Positions 49,994 through 59,148 of a stretch of 64,000 bases of DNA are shown here, piece by piece. Position numbers and translations under genes: made by a program. This stretch comes from Rivularia sp. T60_A2020_040. Its GTDB lineage: Bacteria; Cyanobacteriota; Cyanobacteriia; Cyanobacteriales; Nostocaceae. How positions within the stretch are numbered: position 1 is the first letter of the stretch; each line of letters opens with the position of its first letter. The DNA lies in the NCBI GenBank assembly GCA_015272215.1, contig JACYMD010000048.1:4874-68873 (forward strand). Direction: 5' to 3'. The notes under the pieces were generated by a model. The model worked only from the letters and a program-made list of their open reading frames with translations. It searched no databases and was not told where the DNA came from.

Positions 49994-51016
49994 CTAAAAT
50001 TGTAAGAGTTTAGAAGGTTGACTTTCTGGTTTGATATCTTTACTTCCAGGAAAAACACCTGCTGCGGATAAAATTTTAATTGCTGATAAAAGAGCTAATA
50101 AACAAACTAAAATTAGAATAATTTTATCGCTTCCTAACTCTGCCTTAGATGAATTGAAATTATTTGGGACACTAACTATTTTTGTTGGAGAATTGGATTT
50201 TAATTGAGATAATTCTTCCAATACTTTATCAACACAAATATACCTACTTCTATAGTCATAACGTACCATATTGTTCAGAATATTTTTCAGCCAATCGCTC
50301 ACTTCTGCTTGATGACACCAAAGGATTTCTCCGTTGATATCTGTTTGAAAATCTTGCGGTTCGATATCTGTTAACATTTGAATTGCAGTTATTCCTAATG
50401 CGTAAATATCGCTGTTGTATTGGGGATTCCCTTGAATTTGTTCTACTGGAGCATATCCCAAAGTATAAATTCTCGTCGGTGGAGTTTGTATTTGAGTAGA
50501 TATTGTAGTTTTTAAAACTTGTTTAATTCCTCCTGCACCAAAATCAATTAAAACTAATTTTTTATCTGAATTACGTCTGATAATATTACTAGGATTAATA
50601 TCGCGGTGAATGATTTGCTTACTATGTATAAACCGCAAAATTGTCAAAATTTCTGTTAATAATTCAACGATATATTCCTCTGATTTTTTACCTTCTTCTA
50701 ACTCTTCTCGGATAAGTTTACCGGAAATAAACTCTTCTACTAAGAAATGTTCTTGATTTTGTTCCCAGTAATCAATAAATTGGGGAATTTGCGAATGTCC
50801 ATTTAAACTTTTGAGAATATCAACTTCTCTAAGAAACAATTTTCGAGCTATAGCGTAATTATTTGGATCATTATTAGGAAAAGTAAAATGCTTGAGAGCA
50901 TAGTGATTTTGATTATCTACTGACTTTACCAAGTAAGTAGTCCCAAATCCTCCTTCCCCCAACTTCTTAATGATTGCATAACCTCTGTGGGTTATTTGTG
51001 ACAATCCCCTCATCAT
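49994..51016 (-). CDS. Hanks-type Ser/Thr protein kinase with C-terminal TM anchor
   Basis: LGEGGFG, YALK, HRDINPSN, LIDFG, GYAPVEQ, SDIYALG; TM IILILVCLLALLSAIKIL; no extracellular sensor domain. Confidence 0.88.
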   Translation of the reverse strand: MMRGLSQITHRGYAIIKKLGEGGFGTTYLVKSVDNQNHYALKHFTFPNNDPNNYAIARKLFLREVDILKSLNGHSQIPQFIDYWEQNQEHFLVEEFISGKLIREELEEGKKSEEYIVELLTEILTILRFIHSKQIIHRDINPSNIIRRNSDKKLVLIDFGAGGIKQVLKTTISTQIQTPPTRIYTLGYAPVEQIQGNPQYNSDIYALGITAIQMLTDIEPQDFQTDINGEILWCHQAEVSDWLKNILNNMVRYDYRSRYICVDKVLEELSQLKSNSPTKIVSVPNNFNSSKAELGSDKIILILVCLLALLSAIKILSAAGVFPGSKDIKPESQPSKLLQF

Positions 51017-51171
51017 GAAAATTCCTAGTTTACATGAAGTTTTTAATTTAACTTTGTAAAATAAATAACTTACCAAATTTTTCTGATTATACTAGTATAA
51101 TTACTGTTACAGTTAATATTTCAACATTAAATATATTACTTAATTAATTTTAACTATTTTGCCACAAAATT

Positions 51172-52428
51172 ATGTTTCAGATGAATAAGAACTTATTGTT
51201 TTATTTAATTATCTTTATCTGTTCTTTGTTATTAGTTTTATCTATATTTTTTCCTAATATTCTTTCTTGGTTAGTGGTAATAATTTTTATCTGTTTGATA
51301 TCTAAGTTATGCTTTGACGGCATACAAACAAGACGAGATATGCTTGATAATCAAAAATTAGATCGCATTATCAACACTCTTAATTCCGATTTAGATATTG
51401 CTTTGAGAAAATTTTCTCCAAATCAACTGTATAAAATTAATAAACTATCTTTACTCGATAAAATTTTTCGCGACAATCAAGAATTACAAATTTGGGAAAA
51501 AAACCAACGTTACTATCACAACTTACCCAATTTATTATTAGCATTTGGCTTATTAGGTACTTTTGTCGGTATCACGATTAATTTATTTCTTTTAAGTCGT
51601 AATACAGGTGGAGAAATACCTTTAGACGAAACTTTAGAAGATATTATTGGTTCAATGGCAATTGCTTTTATCAGCAGTTTAGCAGCATTAGTTAGTAGTG
51701 TAATTATTGCAAAATTTCATCCGGCATACGATTTAGAATTATGCAAAAATAATTTATTTAATCAGTTAGAATATTATTTAGAAAATGAATGTCAAATTTT
51801 ACTAAATTTACCGAGCATTCCAGAAAAAATTGATGATTTAATTCAAAGTTTAGTTAATTTACCCCAAAGTATTAAAGAATTAGAAAAATCAGTATCGGTT
51901 TCTTCTCACAATTTGTTAACAAGTTCTCAGAGTTTTCAATCAAAAATAGAAGATGCTGGTAATATTATCAAAAAAAGTTCTCATGTATTGAATGAAGCAA
52001 CGAGTAATTTAGTAAAAGTAACCCAAGATTTTTCAAATTTTATTTCTATTTTAAAAACATCAACAGTATCTTTGGAAGGAACTAGTACAGCACTAGCAAG
52101 TTATACTGAGAATTTACAAACACTTATTAACGATTTAAATAATAGTTCGTCAAGAATACAAAATTTGATTAAAAGCAATCAAAATGAATTATCCAATGTA
52201 TCTTTACGATTAGAAGAAAATGGCAACTCTCTTTTATCTTCAACTCAAACTTTTAATATCAATGCTTCTCAAGTTAAAGAAGCTTTGAATAATCATACAG
52301 GACAAGTTAGTATACACAATTCCAATTTACAACAATTAGCAATTCAGATTAGCAATAATAGTCAGATTTTAGAACATATTCAGCAGGATTTGCAAAATAT
52401 AGTTAATGCTTTTAAAGCTCAGGATTAA
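51172..52428 (+). CDS. ZorA-like MotA/TolQ/ExbB-family membrane protein with long helical cytoplasmic tail
   Basis: N-terminal TMs, LPNLLLAFGLLGTFVGI, GSMAIAFISSLAALVSS, then about 200 aa of Ser/Asn/Leu-rich periodic helical tail. Confidence 0.72.
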   Translation: MFQMNKNLLFYLIIFICSLLLVLSIFFPNILSWLVVIIFICLISKLCFDGIQTRRDMLDNQKLDRIINTLNSDLDIALRKFSPNQLYKINKLSLLDKIFRDNQELQIWEKNQRYYHNLPNLLLAFGLLGTFVGITINLFLLSRNTGGEIPLDETLEDIIGSMAIAFISSLAALVSSVIIAKFHPAYDLELCKNNLFNQLEYYLENECQILLNLPSIPEKIDDLIQSLVNLPQSIKELEKSVSVSSHNLLTSSQSFQSKIEDAGNIIKKSSHVLNEATSNLVKVTQDFSNFISILKTSTVSLEGTSTALASYTENLQTLINDLNNSSSRIQNLIKSNQNELSNVSLRLEENGNSLLSSTQTFNINASQVKEALNNHTGQVSIHNSNLQQLAIQISNNSQILEHIQQDLQNIVNAFKAQD

Positions 52429-52574
52429 TATGTAAAAAGTATTTAAGAATAAAAACCGCAGAGACGCAGAGTACGCAGAGTTAAGAGATAGAAGAGAATA
52501 AGAGACATATTACGGATTGCTATAGTAGTAGTTGATATACAAAAATTCTTCTATTCCCTTTTACAATATTTTAT

Positions 52575-53288
52575 ATGTCCAGAAAATTTAGAAATAGTCT
52601 ACCTCAAGATACATTTAATATTTGGACTTCCTTTACAGACTTAATGTCTAATGCTTTTATGGTGCTGACGCTACTACTATTATTAAGTATGTCTAAAATT
52701 CCTAGTTTAAATCGTCAGCAACGTTTACAACAGTCAGATAATAGCAAACAAAAAATTATTGTTCTCCCCTCAGAAGAATACAAATTTGCATCTGGTAGTG
52801 CTGAATTACCCAGTAATCTCAGCAAAGATATTCAAAATAATCTTCAGGATGGTAAAATTTTACAAGCAATCAAACAACAACTTGATAATGCTCAAAATAT
52901 AATAGACATTATCGAAGTTATTGGTCATACTGATGGACAAGAAGTTGGTTCTCTTAATTGTCATCAAAAATTCGGCAGACGTGGTAACCTAGATAAAGAA
53001 TTAGAAGCAGTCGCTACTCAAGCCAAAAACGTTTCAATTTTATGTCCTGGTTCTAATACCGATTTAGGATTAATCAGAGCTTTAGCGGTAATTAAGGAGC
53101 TACAAAAAGCCCAAAATCAAGAAAAAACAGGACGATTTAAACAAGTTTCATTTCGAGCATATTCATCAGGGCAATTATTATTACCTCAAAATCTCGGCTT
53201 TGCTAAACCAGAAAGAAAAGAAGATAAACAAAGACGAAGAATTGAAATTAGGTTTACTCAATTAGCTCAGGAAACTACTCCACAATAA
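52575..53288 (+). CDS. ZorB/MotB-like protein (TM with conserved Asp + OmpA-like peptidoglycan-binding domain)
   Basis: IWTSFTDLMSNAFMVLTLLLLL; FASGSAEL; IEVIGHTD; RALAV; RRIEIRF. Confidence 0.8.
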   Translation: MSRKFRNSLPQDTFNIWTSFTDLMSNAFMVLTLLLLLSMSKIPSLNRQQRLQQSDNSKQKIIVLPSEEYKFASGSAELPSNLSKDIQNNLQDGKILQAIKQQLDNAQNIIDIIEVIGHTDGQEVGSLNCHQKFGRRGNLDKELEAVATQAKNVSILCPGSNTDLGLIRALAVIKELQKAQNQEKTGRFKQVSFRAYSSGQLLLPQNLGFAKPERKEDKQRRRIEIRFTQLAQETTPQ

Positions 53289-53434
53289 TTTATGAAAAAG
53301 TCGGATTTTTATCGGAAATATTTGCCATATTAGACAATAATCCTAAAAAACCGACTTATAATTATGATATTTAATACCCAAGTTTAGTTTTTAAAAACCA
53401 GTTTTACGATACTTTTATTAATTATCAAATAGTT

Positions 53435-53926
53435 CTACATTATCGATGCATCAGACAAGATTTCATCCGATTCTGCTACCATAAATTGATTTTTATCAGC
53501 TTGACTTGTAGATTCTAAAGATTTTAATTGTTGGAGAGCGTAACTTTTATCCTGGGGAGATAAATCATTATTGTTTTCGATACTCTTTTGAATTTGAGCA
53601 AAAAGTGCTTTCATTCGCGGTGAAGCTGCTTCTCGTGAACTTTCTATTTCATTGACGACATTCGCAACATCACCACTGGTTTTAGCAAAAACTCCCTCTT
53701 GATAATTATCATCACCAATCGAAATTCCCACCGCATCCCCTTGAGGATTAATCGTGATTCCGTTATCTTCAGACATAATATCTCCTATGTGTTGATAAGT
53801 TTGTATGTACAAATTAGGCTTTTTCAAAGCAGTTTTCAATATTGCTTCTAAATTATGAATACGAGCATTTTTTTCTTTTAGCTCAATTGCTAAAATCAGT
53901 AATATCGCTATGAAAACATATTCCAA
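53435..53926 (-). CDS. Hypothetical protein resembling the C-terminal module of cyanobacterial pentapeptide-repeat proteins
   Basis: KEKNARIHNLEAILKTALKKP, Gly-rich GDAVGISIGD, and LFAQIQKSIENNNDLSPQDKSYALQQL. Confidence 0.55.
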   Translation of the reverse strand: MEYVFIAILLILAIELKEKNARIHNLEAILKTALKKPNLYIQTYQHIGDIMSEDNGITINPQGDAVGISIGDDNYQEGVFAKTSGDVANVVNEIESSREAASPRMKALFAQIQKSIENNNDLSPQDKSYALQQLKSLESTSQADKNQFMVAESDEILSDASIM

Positions 53927-54095
53927 TGAAACAGGTAATTGGTAATTGGTAACTGCTCATCTTTGACTGTCAAATACTACAGTGACTATAAAACTGATTT
54001 CGGAATAAATATCAAATCAATACTCAATTCCCCAACACGGATTTAAACGGATTTTAAGGATTTCACGGATTTAATTACCCATCACCCATTACCTC

Positions 54096-55463
54096 TTAAC
54101 CATAATTTGAAACTTTTAGTAGAGGATTCATTAACTGATTAAATTCACCGTCTTTAAAACTTGCTTCCCAATTAGTAGGTAAACGTTGGGGATTCGGATC
54201 TTCTGGTGTCGGTACCCGTAAAAATATATAATCGCAATTAATCGGATATAATAGAGTTTGAACAGTTATATTCCAATCCTCTACATATGCTCCCGTTAAA
54301 TTGGCATTTCTTAAATCCGCTTTGTCTAATTGCGATCGCACTAGTTTCGCTCTAGACATATCCGCGTTTCGCAAGTTGGTTTCGCTCAGATTCGCTTCGA
54401 TAAAACTTGCATCTTTCAGATTTGCTCCTTGTAAATTTATTCCTCGTAAGTTCCAACCGTCAAATATTTTGTTTTGTAAATTCTTATTGACAACTAACTC
54501 GCGCATCTGAATATTTTCTAAATAAGTCGTATTTACTGCTGCTAAATGTACTTTTTTGATTTCAAACCAATTGGTGCCTTTAACTTTGGCTTTGGTGAAA
54601 TTAGCGCTTTTGAGTTTAGCTTGAGTAAAATCAGCATCTGTTAAATCAGCATTACGAAAACTAGTTCCGTACCTCGTAATTAGAGAAATCGCAATCTTAC
54701 GCACAAAATTCTGCTTTTTATCTTCAAAAATGGCGCAACAACCGATATAAGCAGACAGAATTACCAAGATTAACGATACGGTACCGGCTGCTATTCCCGC
54801 AACCGGGTTTACCATCATCGCATATACCGATATCGTACCAGCAACTAATCCCGCGAACATTACAGTCAGAGTAACCGCGAAAATTCCGGCGATTGCCCCC
54901 GTAATTGCTGCTGTAATTGTGACAAAGACTGCTCCTACCGCAGTGACAATGACGGCTACTGTTCCTGTCGCTACCACAGCGACGATTGGGGCAATTTCGA
55001 TTGCTTCATTAGTGGCGGCTAATCCACTCCAGACAACGGCTACAAAGCCCGCCCAAGCTATTGCCGTAACTACTGCTAAGGCAATAGCTACCGCCAAAAA
55101 ACCGCAAGCTGTCAATAGCCCCTGACGGATGCTTAATAGAAAAAATACTGATAAGATGATTAAACTTGCTACACCCACATAGAGATTTTCGCGAGTGCTA
55201 TCAATTAAAATAAATCCCACCAAAGAGCCACCAACAGCCGACATTAATCCACTCAGCGCCGATAGCAGTAAGGACAATAAAATTATCATAATTGCCCAAC
55301 GACGTTGTAAACCTGCTGTTGTATTGCTGAAATTTGCATCTCTGAGAATAGCATTAGTGAAATCAGCACCGCGAATGTCAGAGCCGGAAAAATCTACACC
55401 CGTTAAATCTTGTCCTTTAAATGATTTTCCTCGAAGTTTTGCACGACGGTATTCTTGAGCCAT
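54096..55463 (-). CDS. Pentapeptide-repeat membrane protein
   Basis: A(D/N)LxxA-type repeats at both ends flanking a long Ala/Val/Gly-rich multi-TM region; ends ...PNPQRLPTNWEASFKDGEF. Confidence 0.85.
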   Translation of the reverse strand: MAQEYRRAKLRGKSFKGQDLTGVDFSGSDIRGADFTNAILRDANFSNTTAGLQRRWAIMIILLSLLLSALSGLMSAVGGSLVGFILIDSTRENLYVGVASLIILSVFFLLSIRQGLLTACGFLAVAIALAVVTAIAWAGFVAVVWSGLAATNEAIEIAPIVAVVATGTVAVIVTAVGAVFVTITAAITGAIAGIFAVTLTVMFAGLVAGTISVYAMMVNPVAGIAAGTVSLILVILSAYIGCCAIFEDKKQNFVRKIAISLITRYGTSFRNADLTDADFTQAKLKSANFTKAKVKGTNWFEIKKVHLAAVNTTYLENIQMRELVVNKNLQNKIFDGWNLRGINLQGANLKDASFIEANLSETNLRNADMSRAKLVRSQLDKADLRNANLTGAYVEDWNITVQTLLYPINCDYIFLRVPTPEDPNPQRLPTNWEASFKDGEFNQLMNPLLKVSNYG

Positions 55464-55775
55464 TTTTAACCAATTACACGTCAAGACAGGACTATGTTTT
55501 TACCGGGAAACGCCGGTTGCCACAGACTCCGCCGAGAATCGGCGGAGTACGGCGACTTTTTTCCCTAAATTATATTTGAAATATGCTCATCTAACTGCCA
55601 GTCGCTTAGAATCCTACCACAGTTATCAGTTATCAAATTCAAAATTATCTTCCCATCTATCTATCTCTTCCCCTTTCTTTGACTCGATAAACCAGCAGTA
55701 TTGCGTAGAGACTTTATACTTACGAGTCTTTACAATAAATTATTCAAATTATTTAAATTTTTACATCCTTCAAAC

Positions 55776-56669
55776 GTGTTGAAATTCCTGACTAAGTTAG
55801 ATTACCTACTCAAAGAAACTTTTTTAGGTTTGCATCGGGGTGGGTGGATGAATTGGGCAGCTATAAGTACTGTCGCCGTGCTACTATTTTTATTCGGTAT
55901 TAGTCTACAAACTTCTTGGCAAGTTGAAAAACTACTCAATCAATTTGGCTCTCAATTGGAGGTATCAGTATATCTCGAACCCGCAATACGTGCAGATAGT
56001 ATTGAAACTTTAATTGCCAAAATGCCAGAAGTTGCCACAATCAAAACTATCACCAAAGAACAAGCTTGGACACAATTACTTCAAGAAATGGGAATATCCG
56101 ATATTGAAGGTGCTACTCAACAGTTAGATGGTAATCCTCTGGTAGATGAAATTAAGGTAAAGGCAAAAAATTCTCAAGTAGTACCAGATTTAGCCACTCA
56201 ATTAGCAAAACTACCTGCCGTCGATACGGTACAGTATGTTGATGAAGCTGTCAGACGTATTGCTCAATTACATCGAGGTTTAAATTGGGTAACGCTGAGT
56301 ATTACCGTCATTTTGACATTAACAGCCGTTGCAGTCACCAGTATTACGATTCGTCTTGTATTGATGGCTCGAAGACGAGAAATCGAAATTATGCAGCTTG
56401 TAGGGGCAACTTCTACTTGGATTTATCTACCGTTTATTTTACAAGGAATTACTTTTGGAATCGCTGGTGGTGCGATAGCTTGGAGTTTTATTAGTCTTGT
56501 TCAACAGTTTCTCAATCGATTGCTAATCAATCAACCCGAATTTATTCAACTTCTTACTAACGGTTTACAACTTACTTCTTCACAAATCTTATTACTACCA
56601 ATTATTCTCTTAAGCTTCGGTGCAACGGTAGGATTAATAGGCAGTTTATTTGCACTGCGACGAGTTTAA
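55776..56669 (+). CDS. ftsX: Cell-division permease FtsX
   Basis: WMNWAAISTV, NPLVDEIKVK, TIRLVLMARRREIEIMQLVGATSTWIYLPFILQG; GTG start. Confidence 0.88.
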   Translation: MLKFLTKLDYLLKETFLGLHRGGWMNWAAISTVAVLLFLFGISLQTSWQVEKLLNQFGSQLEVSVYLEPAIRADSIETLIAKMPEVATIKTITKEQAWTQLLQEMGISDIEGATQQLDGNPLVDEIKVKAKNSQVVPDLATQLAKLPAVDTVQYVDEAVRRIAQLHRGLNWVTLSITVILTLTAVAVTSITIRLVLMARRREIEIMQLVGATSTWIYLPFILQGITFGIAGGAIAWSFISLVQQFLNRLLINQPEFIQLLTNGLQLTSSQILLLPIILLSFGATVGLIGSLFALRRV

Positions 56670-56761
56670 AAGAGTTAGTTGTTGGTTGTTAGTGGTTAGT
56701 AGTTAGTTGATGGTTGTTGGTTGATAACTGATAACTGATTTCCCTGTAATTTTTTTATATT

Positions 56762-57559
56762 ATGATTTCACAATGGAATGCTTTGTTAAAAAATCTTGGT
56801 GAATGGGAAGGTTCTTTTACTCGTTTATCTTCTCAAGGTGAATTATTAGAAGATATCCCCAGCATCGTTTCTTTGCAAGGTTTGAACAATAATCAAACTA
56901 TTCGTCAAATTGTTCGTATTGGAGAAGATGAAAAGGTTTTGGAATATAGTTCCCTAGGAAAGGGAATCATGTTTTTTGAAAATGGTGCTTTTTCTAATGG
57001 CTCTATTCAGTTAGCACCCTTTTCTACTTTTGGTGCTGAATTTGGTTTTATTCACGATCATCATCGTTTACGTTTGGTACAACTGTTTGATCGAAATCTC
57101 AAGTTAGATAAGTTTACTTTAATTCGAGAACATCTTGCTCAAACTCCACCTTTACACAGTCCCATTTTAACCGTCGATGCTTTGTTGGGAGAATGGATTG
57201 GTGCAGCCCTAACTATCTATCCTGATTTACAAAAGCCTGATAGTTATTCTACTCAAATGCTTTTACATCTCGATCAAACCGGAAATTTAACTCAAACTTT
57301 AAATTTTGGCGATCGCACTATTTCTTCTACTGCTACTGTCAAAGACTCTATTCTCTTTTTTGACCAAAATCAAATACAAGTATTACTCCTTCCCAATGGT
57401 GCTTCCGTTACTTCTCCCCTTCAAGCCCGCTTAGGTGAACCTTTGTTTTTAGAAGTCGCTTGGTTAATTAACCCCAATCTCCGTCAAAGAATGATTCGCA
57501 GCTATAACCACAAGGGAGAATGGCTCAGTTTGACTTTAGTTACGGAAACAAAAATTTGA
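56762..57559 (+). CDS. DUF3598-family protein
   Basis: QWNALLKNLGEWEGSFT, FENGAFSNGS, LLGEWIG, RQRMIRSYNHKGEWLSLTLVTE. Confidence 0.8.
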   Translation: MISQWNALLKNLGEWEGSFTRLSSQGELLEDIPSIVSLQGLNNNQTIRQIVRIGEDEKVLEYSSLGKGIMFFENGAFSNGSIQLAPFSTFGAEFGFIHDHHRLRLVQLFDRNLKLDKFTLIREHLAQTPPLHSPILTVDALLGEWIGAALTIYPDLQKPDSYSTQMLLHLDQTGNLTQTLNFGDRTISSTATVKDSILFFDQNQIQVLLLPNGASVTSPLQARLGEPLFLEVAWLINPNLRQRMIRSYNHKGEWLSLTLVTETKI

Positions 57560-58612
57560 AAATTCAGATTTTTTCGTTTTCAAAAGAATTTTCTTGTTTC
57601 CGCTTCCAAAAATGCGCCTTTTTTGCTATACTCTTATAATGGGCATATAATCCAAATTTTTATAGCAGGCAATATTGCCATTATATTAATAATATTCCAT
57701 TATTCTACCATTTTTCCTCGACCCATAGTTAAATATTTTTTTTTGAAATCACTTTTTTAAAAAAACTTAACAATCAACGAAAGAAAGAAGAATTAGATTG
57801 CTCCGGTTTTATCTAACAAAAGAATGTTAGTTAGATGGAACGCGCTGCACAATTATCATTTTCATACCACAAAAGCCGTTTTTTCGGATTTTAAAATCAC
57901 CTTTAAAGCTAAGAATAGCTCAGCTTGACTTGAGTTACGCAAACAAAAATTTGAAAATTCAAGTTTTTTCGTTTTCAAAAGAATTTTCTTGTTTCCGCTT
58001 CCAAAAATGCGCCTTTTTTGCTATACTCTTATAATGGGCATATAATCCAAATTTTTATAGCAGGCAATATTTCAATTGTAAGAATATTATTAAATTATCC
58101 TACCATTTTTCCTCGACCCATAGTTAAATAATTTTTTTTGAAATCACTTTTTTAAAAAAACTTAACAATTAAAGCAAAGAAGAATTAGATTGCAAAGCCC
58201 TATTTAATTGGGAATAGCCGCAATTGTCGGTTGAATGAAATACAAATTAAAGTTGTCGAACAGAGCATGACCACAGAAGCCGGTTTTTTTAGAGTTTAAA
58301 TTAACTTCAAAGCTAAGAATGGCTCAGTTTGACTTTGATTACGGAAACAAAAATTTGAAAATTAAGATTTTTTCGTTTTCAAAAGAATTTTCTTGTTTCC
58401 GCTTCCAAAAATGCGCCTTTTTTGCTATACTCTTATAATGGGCATATAATCCAAATTTTTATAGCAGGCAATATTTCAATTGTAAGAATATTATTAAATT
58501 ATCCTACCATTTTTCCTCGACCCATAGTTAAATAATTTTTTTTGAAATCACTTTTTTAAAAAAACTTAACAATTAAAGCAAAGAAGAATTAGATTGCAAA
58601 GCCTTATTTAAT
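57517..58612. repeat. Three-copy tandem array: ~280-bp conserved cores (57517-57800, 57912-58192, 58316-58596) separated by variable spacers; period 395 and 404 bp
   Basis: Manual alignment. Each core begins with the DUF3598 3' end and ends with the aat 3' end (reverse strand). Unique spacers at 57801-57865 and 58193-58269 are each followed by a semi-conserved ~46-bp segment. Confidence 0.92.
57604..57632 (+). promoter_or_regulatory. Sigma70-like promoter motif TTCCAA-N17-TATACT with extended -10 (copies at 57999-58027 and 58403-58431)
   Basis: Exact 17-bp spacing, TG upstream of the -10, and a second TATAAT just downstream; identical in all three cores. Confidence 0.5.
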
Positions 58613-59148
58613 AAAAGCTGATATTCCTTGTCATCAATAGAGTAAGCACCAAAGCGTTGTAAATGAGGATTCATCATCTGAGCGTCAAAAAAGGTGAATT
58701 GGCGCTGGCGTAATCTTTCGACCAACTTAACCATAGCGACTTTCGAGCCTTCGGGAATACGAAAAAACATAGATTCACCAATAAAAGCACCATTAATAAC
58801 AATACCCAAAATACCTCCAGCAAGTTCGTCACCTTGCCAAGTTTCAAAACTATAAGCCCAACCGCTTTCCCATAGAGAATAATAAATATCCTTTAACTCC
58901 TGAGAAATCCAGGTAGAGTCTCGGTTAGCACATCCATCAACTACCGCTTTAAAGTCGCGGTTAATAGCAGTTGAAAAACGTTCTTGGTTGATAACTCGTT
59001 TTAAAGACTTGGGGTAACGAAACCTGTCATCCAAAGGAATTAAAGTGCGATCGCGACTGCTGTACCATCCCAAGTGATGATTTTGATCAGCCATGAGAAA
59101 ATAGCCTTGAGCGTATGCTTGGATGATAGCGGCGACATCATATTGCAT
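58573..59148 (-). CDS. aat: Leucyl/phenylalanyl-tRNA--protein transferase
   Basis: AYAQGYFLM, FSTAINRDF, WISQE, ETWQGDELAGG, FIGESMF, SKVAMV, FDAQMMNPHLQRFGA. Confidence 0.92.
   Translation of the reverse strand: MQYDVAAIIQAYAQGYFLMADQNHHLGWYSSRDRTLIPLDDRFRYPKSLKRVINQERFSTAINRDFKAVVDGCANRDSTWISQELKDIYYSLWESGWAYSFETWQGDELAGGILGIVINGAFIGESMFFRIPEGSKVAMVKLVERLRQRQFTFFDAQMMNPHLQRFGAYSIDDKEYQLLLNKALQSNSSLL

Noticed and set aside
51172-53288. Flagellar stator motAB or a complete Zorya system
   Set aside because: Cyanobacteria lack flagella, the A subunit has a long tail, and no zorC/D/E/F/G-like ORF is adjacent. Gene symbols withheld.
57837-57845. Glutamine (glnA) riboswitch, suggested by GGAACGCGC in spacer 1
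   Set aside because: The other conserved elements (CGTTCA 5' strand, GGAAGTAGG E-loop) are absent.
57517-58612. CRISPR array
   Set aside because: The repeats are about 280 bp and include gene ends, there are only three units, and no cas genes are in the window.
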